Assembly (NCBI GenBank): GCA_900291995.1
Contig: OLMU01003354.1
Coordinates: 1-32,385, forward strand
Origin: Licmophora abbreviata
Lineage: Eukaryota
Direction of reading: 5' to 3'
Length of the DNA: 32,385 nt
The position numbers were made by a program, and so were the translations under genes. Positions 11,824 to 21,273 of the stretch are shown here, piece after piece; position 1 is the first letter of the stretch, and every line of letters starts with the position of its first letter. The notes beneath the pieces are model-generated. The model had not been told where the DNA came from. It was given only the letters and a program-made list of their open reading frames with translations, and searched no databases.

Positions 11824-11923
11824 CTACATTTCATCCGAGTCATACAGTAGCCCACTTCCAAGAAGACGCCGGAGCAGAGACTCAATCTCTTCCAGGTCTG
11901 CACAGTCCACCATCAATGAAGGC
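11824..11923 (-). pseudogene. Relic of the 3' end of the JmjC gene
   Basis: The minus strand reads PSLMVDCADLEEIESLLRRLLGSGLLYDSDEM*, versus PSLVDCADRNEIESLLCRLVGLGLLYGSEEM* at 19552-19647. No upstream coding homology is visible. Confidence 0.88.
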
Positions 11924-12045
11924 TTCGCGTCGTCGAGTCTCGTACTGCGCGAGCTCCTCCCACAATGTACATCACAAAAGAAACTATCTCAGTTCACGTT
12001 TTGATGAAGAATTGGATTCGAAATGATGACCGGCACATCATCGCG

Positions 12046-13941
12046 ATGACCATGATGGCTGTGTGGAATACGCGGCAACGGAGTTCCCAAGAGCGCCATT
12101 CAGCAATTCACAACCATGGCTACCTGCTCATAATTCTGCTGGCGTTTGCTTTTGGATATTTTTTGGGAGAAAAGGAGAGCACACCTTCGACCATGACAAC
12201 TGTGGCACACAAGCTTACTGAGGCGGTGGGTGTGAGAGACGACGAAGTTTCCGTTGCCGAAGTGCTGGGAAGATTATACAAAGCGAAGCAAAGGATCAAA
12301 GAAAACGCTATTCAGAAGTATGGTGATTATTACGGACGCTTGTTCAACGATAGGTCGGCGCTAGAACACGTTTTCGTCATGAGTGAGGCAAGCAGAGCTC
12401 GACTGCGTAGGCGGCTCTTATCCAAAGTCCTCCGCAAGATGGAAAACCCAAAATCGTCGGTTTCATTCGTATGGGCTACTGCGGGCGACTCCTCTTCAGC
12501 TGGACACGGAAACTTATTCAACCAGAGCTTCACGGCCGTGTTGGAAGATACCGTCAAGGATGCCTTCGAGGCAGTTGGGGTAGAATTTGTGGCTCGTAAC
12601 TATGGTATGGGCTGGTACTCTTCTGCACCTGAGCTAGCACTATGTATGGAAGCAGTGTACGGTCTGGATGTGGATTTTCTCTTCTGGGACTTCTCCATGA
12701 TGGATAGAGACAGACTCAATCGGCTACAGCTCTTTGGAGAACGAGCAGGTCTTCATCCCAACAGTCCATTGCTCATGGTGTCTGCGAAAACTTCAGGTTG
12801 CTCGGATGTCGTTATGGAATTGGCAGACAAGGGCATTGGATCAATCTTTATGGACGAGATGGCAAGTTCCGCCTTGAGGGCTCGCATTCCCAACACGCAC
12901 GATCAATTGCCACCTGCGCTCCGCTACATGATCTGCAACGGCGCAGTCGAGGGTAGCGCTCCATGCGAAGATCCTATCCGCTTCTTTCAATGCGAGCAAG
13001 ATGGCACCGAAGAGTGTGTAACACACAAATACAAAACACACGCAGGGTGCGATCATGAAAAGTACCAAAAGAGCTTTCATCCCGGTTGGAAAGAGCATTC
13101 CTTTCGTGGGCAGATTCTGGCTCACTTCCTATTGGACTCTCTGGAGGAAGCTTTGATTGCACTGGAGGCACTTAAACTTCCTCAAAGAAGTAAGAGCGCC
13201 GTGCGAGCCCAAGAGATTCTCGATCGATTCAAGCAGGAAGAATTGGCGGATGTGAATCGGTTCGATGGGTCGGCCATCCCACAAAGCTACTCGGAACTAG
13301 ACGCGGAAACGGTAACGCTCATGACAACAACCACGTTGTATCGCGCGCCTGTCGTATGCCACACAGCCGTGCTGCCATCACAAAGTCGGTATCTGGGTCT
13401 CAGCACGGAAAGCGACAAACGCGGTGATTACAATGGAGGCTATGAATTAGGGCAAAACAAAGTCCTGTCGCGACCAGTCGACGGTGACCGCATGCCACTG
13501 ACGTACGATTCTTCGGATCGGCACCGTTGCTCATCACTCAAGATAGACCATCGTGACTATTTCTATTTGAAAGAGGCCGATGGTTGGCTACGGATGACTG
13601 TCCCCAACCACGCTGAACAAAAGGCGTATCAGCGAGAAAAGCCTCAAGGCCTTATTCTCATGTGTTTGCAGGTCTGTCCGTTGGATCGCTGCAGTGACGA
13701 CTTTGTAGGCTTTGGAGAAAATGGCAAACATCACGGCAATCTCGAAATCACTGTCGACGGGAAACCAGTCACTCATGTGAGACGTCTCGATGGATGCCAT
13801 TTTCTTGAGGGACATGACGGCATCCGATGGGGACCAGGAAGCGCCGGAAATATTGGTCAATACGAGATCCAGATGAAGCTCGACAAACCAAAGACCGGCA
13901 TTGTCCATTCAGTCAAGGTGTCCTCCATCATTGTATTCTAG
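12046..13941 (+). CDS. Type II membrane SGNH/GDSL hydrolase-like protein (start uncertain; ORF open from 11965)
   Basis: Long intronless ORF; signal anchor YLLIILLAFAFGYFLG; block-I-like AGDSSSAGHGN; block-V-like FHPGWKEH; Cys-rich C-terminal part. Confidence 0.7.
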   Translation: MTMMAVWNTRQRSSQERHSAIHNHGYLLIILLAFAFGYFLGEKESTPSTMTTVAHKLTEAVGVRDDEVSVAEVLGRLYKAKQRIKENAIQKYGDYYGRLFNDRSALEHVFVMSEASRARLRRRLLSKVLRKMENPKSSVSFVWATAGDSSSAGHGNLFNQSFTAVLEDTVKDAFEAVGVEFVARNYGMGWYSSAPELALCMEAVYGLDVDFLFWDFSMMDRDRLNRLQLFGERAGLHPNSPLLMVSAKTSGCSDVVMELADKGIGSIFMDEMASSALRARIPNTHDQLPPALRYMICNGAVEGSAPCEDPIRFFQCEQDGTEECVTHKYKTHAGCDHEKYQKSFHPGWKEHSFRGQILAHFLLDSLEEALIALEALKLPQRSKSAVRAQEILDRFKQEELADVNRFDGSAIPQSYSELDAETVTLMTTTTLYRAPVVCHTAVLPSQSRYLGLSTESDKRGDYNGGYELGQNKVLSRPVDGDRMPLTYDSSDRHRCSSLKIDHRDYFYLKEADGWLRMTVPNHAEQKAYQREKPQGLILMCLQVCPLDRCSDDFVGFGENGKHHGNLEITVDGKPVTHVRRLDGCHFLEGHDGIRWGPGSAGNIGQYEIQMKLDKPKTGIVHSVKVSSIIVF

Positions 13942-13988
13942 CTAGAAATGAAAAAAAAACAAGAACGTCCAGAACATACCAATCGTAC

Positions 13989-15225
13989 TCACGACAGTAG
14001 GTTCCCTGCGACAATCGAGCCAAAGACAATGGCGCCCACCGCGTGGTTGCTGCGAAATCGCGCAGCCAAGTTTTTAGGATCGTCCAGATCTGCCGTTTGT
14101 ATCTGCCACACGAGATGTGAGAAAGCAGCCGTGGTGCCTCCATAAAAGAGTGGAGATGACAGGTCCACGTGGTAGCCGGATGCCATCCAACCGAGCCATG
14201 ATATCGCGGCAAAGCCTTGGAGTATAGGTTTGGTGTTCTCACCAAAGTACAGTGCTGTCGATTTTAGTCCCAGCTTGGCATCATCCACCTTGTCCTGGTG
14301 AGCATATCTGAAACACGGAATGGACGCAAGCGAAGGAGTGAGAAACACACCCGCACTTTGTCCCTCCCGCGACCCCAACAATAACAGAGTCAACGTACAG
14401 TGTGTCATAGACTAGAGTCCATGTGATGCCCGATAGGTACAACGGTCCAACCGCCATGACATTCAGCGATCCATACGTCGCAGCCCATCCCATCAAGGCA
14501 CCCCAGTTGAAGGTCATGCCAAGCACGAGCTGTGGCCAGTTGGTATATCGCTTCATGAGCGGATATGCAACAACGAAGGGTAACGAGGCAGCACCAAGCT
14601 GAAAGCAGTAAAACGTGTGAGGGAGTGACACTAATACACCAAGTCCAGTCGAGAGCTGCAACGCCAAGAATCCCAGTGCTTGTCGCTGCGTCAGTTCTCC
14701 GCTCGCCAAGGGTCGGGTCGTGGTGCGTGTCACTCGTCGATCAAAATCTTGATCCCACATGTCGTTGATAGTACAACCTGCTCCGCGCATTACAAATGCA
14801 CCCACTCCGAACAGGGCGAGTAGACCTATATCTGGAAGAGTGTGCATCGGTGCTGCCAGGGCAGTGGACCACCAGCAAGGCCACAGAAGCAAAAAAGTTC
14901 CAATAGGCTTGTCCGCGCGGGCAAGACGAGCGTACGGCTGCCACCGAGCAGGCAAGTATTCGTCGACCCAAGTCACCATGGGAGGGTCGGATATTTGATA
15001 ACCCTGAACAGCCGTCGGCTTGCGATCTTCCAGTGGAGGGCCCTGCGATGACGACGACGACTGCTGTCGTGTAATCATCGCGTGATTTGACCCAGTGACT
15101 CGGACGACCCAATTTTTCCTTGAAACACATTCCGCACATAGTTTGAAACGATTTCCTCGGTAGAATGCTAATTCTACCATGCGTGTTCGCTGTGACAAGC
15201 TAAGAATGAGCCGTAGCGACGCCAT
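13989..15225 (-). CDS. COQ2: 4-hydroxybenzoate polyprenyltransferase, mitochondrial (2 exons, 381 aa)
   Basis: Motifs RADKPIGTFLLLWP, MRGAGCTINDMWDQDFDRRVTRTTTRPLASG, YPLMKR, FNWGALMGW and YDTLYAHQDKVDD. The last motif is restored by removing intron 14308-14398 (GTACGT...CAG, phase 2). Confidence 0.96.
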
Positions 15226-15909
15226 CGTTGTCCATCACAGGCCACACACTACGCAGTCTCGCGTCTCGTCACAGTATGTCGTGATGCATCAGAGTACGAG
15301 TAGGTGTGTGTTGAGTGTGCATGCGAGCTCCTCGCACGAGCTTTTCCCAAGTGGGATGTTGATGCGGTATATTTGACATACATGTCTGAAGAGATTATAA
15401 CAGCAGGCAGAAACGAGCATCTCGTGAGAGCAAAATGTCGACATTTTTTTCTCACAAAACACGGACGCTCACACGCAGCTGTGTCTTGCCATAACGCAAG
15501 ATCCATACGAGTCGTACGTCGCTGTACATGTACCATCTCGTTATGATCCAGGATCAATCGCGAGGAGACCGACTTTCAGATCGTAAACCTTCGTGTGATT
15601 GATAAAGTCAGAATCGTCATGCGGGAGAAAATCCAAAATACATCCCCTCGTACCAGGCATTCAAGCATACGAATCTGTCACGTGCTTACGAAACGTAATC
15701 ACGAGAGCCCGACTCATTGATTTCTATGTGCACATTCTACAAAAATTTAACAGCAGAGCCACATTGTTTGCGCAACGCTCTACATTCGTCCTTGTTTTGG
15801 TGAGTGTGGTGTCTTCTTGCCGCCAAAAGGATGAATCTTTCTACTGTGTCATAAATGATACATGTCGCTCATATAACCTTTGCTTTTCTGTCGTGCTATT
15901 GAGGCAGGT

Positions 15910-16314
15910 ATGATGGCTCTCAAGCCCCACCTCGTCCCTCTCTTGGCCCTCCTTCTCACCGGTTCGGTGGATGCCATTTGTTGCCTCAAGCAAGTGACAT
16001 CGAATGAGGCTCCGTTGGGACCACTTACGAACGGTACTGTCCCTGCTGGCTACTATGGATGTGCAAGTGAAGGGAATATGATCGGCTATGGCGAGATCAG
16101 GATCCCCAATCCAAAGCTCTGTACTGATACCTGTCCAGTTGTTGTCGATCCAACAAGTGGAGACGGGTACTACACCACTCCCGGCGCTAATAGCTGGACC
16201 GCAGTTGATCTAGAGTACCTGTGCTGTACCGAGCCGCCTCCGGTGACTCCTACCGGGAATGTGACAACGTGGCCGACGTGCGACTCGCTTATGTATTTGC
16301 GAGGTATGTCATGA
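15910..16314 (+). CDS. Small secreted 8-cysteine protein, copy 1 (134 aa)
   Basis: Signal peptide MMALKPHLVPLLALLLTGSVDA; CC-C-C-C-CC-C pattern; paralogous to 17336 and 18769; probable 5'UTR intron 15800-15907 (GTGAGT...CAG). Confidence 0.85.
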   Translation: MMALKPHLVPLLALLLTGSVDAICCLKQVTSNEAPLGPLTNGTVPAGYYGCASEGNMIGYGEIRIPNPKLCTDTCPVVVDPTSGDGYYTTPGANSWTAVDLEYLCCTEPPPVTPTGNVTTWPTCDSLMYLRGMS

Positions 16315-17335
16315 GACTCAAACCTCGTAAATGTTGAACCAATGAGCGAGAAAAGAATTGAAAGTCAAACGGCATGCTACTGTGGCGAACGAGTTAGTGT
16401 ATTGTTTAGGCAAAGTAGCGTCGTTGCAACTTGTGTAGTATTCATATCTTCTCTACAGTTGCTCCGATACACTGGTGACACAAGGAGCAATCTAACCGAA
16501 AAGCGAGCAACTGGACAGTGAGAGAATGAAAAGACAATGAGAAACATCGGTATGTTCTATTTAAGTACACAGTGTTCGTTGGGTGGTTCCTTGTTTTTGG
16601 AATCATAGACTAGAAAGGTTGCGACGAGAGTGGAACGTACCCCTTTATACGACCATGCGGATCGGAAGTGTGAGGAAACCCACTTCGTAAAAGAGCTACT
16701 ATCAGTCGCTGCTGTTGCAGAGAGAGCAACTGGGTCGTCCTGGTCCTCGCGTCTTGCGTGGAATGCGAGCTCCTTCCGCAAGCTATTATTTCTGTTTCGG
16801 GATGGCGAAAGGTCATAAGTAAAGTATACGACGCCATCTGATAGTGAAAAAAAACAGATCGAACGAGTGGGCGAAGCGAGAAACGCGAAACACAACGACG
16901 CGCATCAAGAACCATGGACGCTCACTCGTATTGCCAAAACGCAAGATACATACGATCCGTACGTCGCTGTGCATATGCAGTCTCGTTATGATGCGGAAAC
17001 TTTCGCGACGAGCCCGAATGCCAGATCTGAGAGAAGTGTGATGATCGTTGAACACGTTAGAATCACGCGGGAATAAATCGTCGCCGCTCCAGCAGTCGAC
17101 TCCGTCGTGTTCATCAAAGGTGAAGTTCTTGCGAAAGGTAATCACGAGCATCCGATGTAAATACACGGACTTCACCTATAATTTCGGTTGGCATCGTTCC
17201 CGCATTTTCCCGTATCGCTCTCCTTTTACATTCGTCGTTTGTCTGGTGAGTGTAGATTTTTCCGTCTTCCCACAAGGGAAACTCGATGCGTTACTCACAT
17301 CACCCTCTCTTTTCTCTCGCGCTATTGAGACAGGT

Positions 17336-17740
17336 ATGATGGCTCTCAAGCTCCTCCTCGTTCCCCTCTTGACCCTCCTTCTCACCGGTTCGGTGGATGC
17401 CATTTGTTGCCTCAAACAAGTGACTTCGACTCGACCCCCGACACCACGTACCGGCCCTGGCCTTGCAGGCCGTCCTAGGGGCTTTTATGGATGCGCAATT
17501 GAAGGGACGGTGATTGGTTATGGCGAGATCAGGACCCCCAATCCAAAGCTCTGTTCTGATACGTGTCCGTCCGTTGTCGCGCCAGGAAGTGGAGACGAGT
17601 TTTACACCACTCCCGGAGCTACTAACAGGAATCCAGTTGATCTCGAGTACCTGTGCTGTACCGATCCGCCTCCAGTGTCTCCTACGGGGACTGCGAAGAC
17701 GTGGCCGACGTGCGCCTCGCTGCTTCCAACTCTTCCGTAA
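17336..17740 (+). CDS. Small secreted 8-cysteine protein, copy 2 (134 aa)
   Basis: Same signal peptide and Cys framework (ICCLKQ, YGC, GYGEIR, LCSDTCP, DLEYLCC, TWPTC); probable 5'UTR intron 17246-17333; TATA-like ctataa near 17176. Confidence 0.85.
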   Translation: MMALKLLLVPLLTLLLTGSVDAICCLKQVTSTRPPTPRTGPGLAGRPRGFYGCAIEGTVIGYGEIRTPNPKLCSDTCPSVVAPGSGDEFYTTPGATNRNPVDLEYLCCTDPPPVSPTGTAKTWPTCASLLPTLP

Positions 17741-18768
17741 GAAACGTGGAGTTTGAGGAAACCTAACATGTGTAACACTGGCAGAGGCAACGAGCGAGAA
17801 AAAGTGAAAGTCAAACGGCCAGCGGTATGCTACTGTGGTGAATAAGTTTGTGTTTAGTATCATTGTTCCAGCTTTGAAGTGCGTAGAGCTACTCTAGAGT
17901 CGCTCGCTCCGATTACGGCGGTACCTCTATCCCCACTTTATACTCTGGCTATTCGTCGTCCGCATAGAAACGGGTTGCGGCGTACGGATGGCGTATTTCA
18001 GGAAGCCAGCCCTAAGAGACTGACTCCGGGATATGACATCGTGCACCATCATTTGGTCAGAAGAAGAGCGGTACAGACACGGGATTGCCACACCATTTTC
18101 GCATGTTAGAGGACGCAACGTCGATACGATACGATGCGCGCGAGTTTGCGCGATGAGATAGACGACCACATCTTGACATAAAACATTACGAGTATGTCAA
18201 GATGTGGTCGTCTATCATTGATCGCCGATTGCGACCAAACTCTCGTCGCGACGACGATGATGAGAATGAATCAATCGATATGCTCGCGGAACTAAAGGTG
18301 AACTGCAATAAGAATGCGAGATTCGATTCGCATGATATATCCTTGTGCCAGGATGTGTGCGTGATCCGTCGCGAGGAGCTCGGGGTCTTAAGTGCAACTA
18401 TGGGATGAAGAATCACGCGGGAACATAGTATGTCGCCCGCCCCACCCCCTACCTAGGATGCATGTAAGCGCCGCGATCTCACACCTCAGAGGATATGTCC
18501 GTTCTAAGAATTGTTTCTCGAGCATCTGATTCATGTAAGCTTCACCATATGGTATGACCTTCACCTGACTATTCGGTTGGCGTCTTTCACACACTCACAA
18601 TCTGCATTCGATCCAGCCAAGATCTGAAACAACAATCTAGACGGGTCTCCATAAAGCAGCAAGCTTCCATTGCCTAGTGAGTTCATTCTGCGCCGAGAGA
18701 TAAGTCTTGTGGTTGACCGTGGTCTGCTCATATTGTCACTTCTGCTCTGTCGTCCCTGTGTAATAGGT

Positions 18769-19168
18769 GTGATTTCTCTCAAGCTCTTCATCGTCCCTTT
18801 CTTGGCCCTTCTCTACTCGGGTTCGGCGGGTGCCGTTTGTTGCCTCAAACAAATGACTTCCACTGACCCTCCGACACCACGCTCTGGCCTTGGCGCTGCA
18901 AACGGTCCAAGAGGTTTTTATGGATGCCTAGCCGAAGGGGCAGTGATTGGTTATGGCGAGATCAGGACCCCATCCAAAGCTCTGTTCTGATACGTGTCCG
19001 TCCGTTGTCGCACCAGCAAGTGGAAACGAGTTTTACACCACTCCCGGAGCTACTCACGTGAATCCAGTTGATCTCGAGTACCTGTGCTGTACCGATCCGC
19101 CTCCAGTGTCTCCTACCGGGACTGCGAAAACGTGGCCGACGTGCAATTCGTTCATGCCACCAGTGTAG
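18769..19168 (+). pseudogene. 8-cysteine secreted protein copy 3 (start lost, frameshifted)
   Basis: ATG ATG is replaced by GTG ATT at 18769. A 2-bp deletion at about 18967-18973 (accccatcc versus acccccaatcc in copy 2) splits the gene into ORFs 18670 and 18947. All 8 Cys codons are still present. Confidence 0.8.
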
Positions 19169-19551
19169 GTACCTGTAGTGAAGAAACAAGTCCAATGGGC
19201 AAACGAGCGACTATACGGGTGAAGAAGAAAGACATACTCAGCAACTATCTGCACTCTGCCATGATGTATTGATGGGTACTTACTTGTATGCATAGGCGGT
19301 AAAAAAGTTTATGATTGAAACATTCAATAAAAAGTACGTAGATTGTCGCTGTATTATATGTCCAGCAACCCTTGCATTGACAGCAGCGTAACGAAAGCGC
19401 ATCGCTGCTTCTCGACCATTCAAGCAGTGGCGGACCCAGTCTTCCACGCATTTCATGCCGATGTCTCTAAAGTGCATACGTCTCATTCGATCGAGTGTGG
19501 CAGAATTGTGTGCCATGTCAGTGCACAGGTTCATGTAAACACCTTGGTCAT

Positions 19552-21099
19552 TTACATCTCTTCTGACCCGTACAGTAGCCCAAGTCCAACGAGACGACAG
19601 AGGAGAGACTCAATCTCGTTCCGGTCTGCACAATCTACCAATGAAGGTAGCAGCACATCCGACGTCAGAGCAGGTTCGTTCACAATGGCCGCAAGAATCT
19701 TAGACACGCCACCGCTCGTATCGGTCAGTTGGAGCTCAATCGTTTCTCCGTTGGCAAATAAACGGCAGATTTTTCCTTGAAGAACCGAGTATGCAAACGA
19801 TACCCCTTCCGCTCGAAACAACGCGCCGTTGCCGTTCAGAACTCTCTCGACTCCTCCCTTGCAGGAATGAGCTTCCGTCTCCTCTTCATCGCAATTCAAC
19901 GCAAAAGGGTAGTTGTCCCGAGGTCGGTTGGGCGCAGTGACGAGCTCTCCAACAAGTCGATCCAGCAGTGGGTCGTCTTTCAGAGCATGCTGCACAGCAT
20001 CCAACACCATGGTACGCATCTGCTCCCGTACTCGCGAGGTGAGACGCCCTTTCTCTGTACTGCCGTGGTGAAGGAACAGTTTCTCGTCCTGATATCGCCG
20101 TGTAGCCGAATTGTGTGTAGATTGCAGTAACTCCTGCGCCAATCGAGAACACAGATCCGCAGCCGACGGCGCCGTACACCCAACACTGAGCGTCATGCAA
20201 TCGTCCGACAGTGCCGTTCCACAGTGGACGTAGCGTGGAGGCAAGTACAAGGCGTCACCTGGTTGCAGTATATGGGGTGCAAGGGTTGGCGCGGCATTTT
20301 GCAATATCCGTACATCCAGCCCTTCGAGCAGATTGTCGTGCTCGTCTTGTACACTGAGTGGCTCGGCGCCAACGGACCACTCTCGCGTTCCCGCCATTTG
20401 AATCAAAAAGACATCGTAGTTATCAACATGAGGACCAATCCCGCCATTTTTACAAGCAATACTTATCTGTGCATCATCGCGCCTCCATCGTGGCAGAAAA
20501 CTAAATTCTTCATCCATCCAATCCGACAATGCTGGATAGAACTGTTCCACATCATTGACCACCAGTGTCCAAGCCGACGAAGCCGATGCCTCATGATTCA
20601 AGACGTCGTCTATTTCTTCCTCACAGAAGGGTCCAACTTGCAGTGTATAGGATGAGAGTCCCTCACTCGGAGTATGTCGAATCAGCCTCGTCACAGCATC
20701 GTCCTCCCACGCCAGTTCGACCACTTGTTCAAGGGAAGGCCAACTTTCAATGGGTGATTCCAGGAGTGTAGACGGGTCAAAGGCGTTTCGAATCAGCAAT
20801 GGTTTCGACTGCCAAGCCTCGCACGAACTAAAGAGCTTGGCAGAAAATGGTCCTTGAACTATTGGAATGGAGTCGCGTTGGTCGATGGATGACGGGGCAT
20901 CGTCGTGGCGCGCCTCCGGTTGTTGATGTAGGGACGACTTCCAGGGCCAACGTCTGTCTACGATGGCGCCCACTTCTCGCCATCCCCGTATTCTAGAAAC
21001 TGGCAAGAAAGTATAGGTGGCGTTTGGGATTAGGATGGCCGCACTGTAGACGACCACGAGAGCTGAACGGCCTCTGCAGCAGTGCGGTCGTTTCGCCAT
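19552..21099 (-). CDS. JmjC/cupin-4 2-oxoglutarate Fe(II) hydroxylase, RoxA/YcfD-like (515 aa), probable bipartite presequence
   Basis: Motifs WQSKPLLIR, WTLVVNDV, LPRWRRDDAQIS, GGIGPHVDNYDVFLIQMAGTREW (HxD) and LQPGDALYLPPRYVHCG (distal His) follow the bacterial YcfD pattern. The likely ATG is 21099. Confidence 0.88.
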   Translation of the reverse strand: MAKRPHCCRGRSALVVVYSAAILIPNATYTFLPVSRIRGWREVGAIVDRRWPWKSSLHQQPEARHDDAPSSIDQRDSIPIVQGPFSAKLFSSCEAWQSKPLLIRNAFDPSTLLESPIESWPSLEQVVELAWEDDAVTRLIRHTPSEGLSSYTLQVGPFCEEEIDDVLNHEASASSAWTLVVNDVEQFYPALSDWMDEEFSFLPRWRRDDAQISIACKNGGIGPHVDNYDVFLIQMAGTREWSVGAEPLSVQDEHDNLLEGLDVRILQNAAPTLAPHILQPGDALYLPPRYVHCGTALSDDCMTLSVGCTAPSAADLCSRLAQELLQSTHNSATRRYQDEKLFLHHGSTEKGRLTSRVREQMRTMVLDAVQHALKDDPLLDRLVGELVTAPNRPRDNYPFALNCDEEETEAHSCKGGVERVLNGNGALFRAEGVSFAYSVLQGKICRLFANGETIELQLTDTSGGVSKILAAIVNEPALTSDVLLPSLVDCADRNEIESLLCRLVGLGLLYGSEEM

Positions 21100-21273
21100 G
21101 GTGCAAGAGTCGATGACGGAAACAAAATCTAAAAGAATTGGATCTTTCCTCGCTGGCGAGGGACAGACCAAATAATCGATGCGGGATTTTAGTCGAAGCA
21201 GTCGAAATATCGTTCTGACGTCGGTCGCTCGTGTTTCATCAAAACAAACACCGCTTCGTCGTTGTCGTCCACC

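Larger units (their letters stand above)
15320..19250 (+). repeat. Tandem array of three about 1.43 kb units (promoter, Cys-rich gene, 3' flank)
   Basis: Gene starts at 15910, 17336 and 18769 (spacing 1426 and 1433 bp). Flanks are homologous, e.g. acgcaagatccatacgagtcgtacgtcgctgt (about 15494) versus acgcaagatacatacgatccgtacgtcgctgt (about 16939), and tgaaagtcaaacggc after copies 1 and 2. Confidence 0.85.

Noticed and set aside
16320..18660. Short ORFs or a transposon between the Cys-rich copies
   Set aside because: No transposase or RT motifs, terminal repeats or target-site duplication seen; the DNA is largely diverged duplicated flank.
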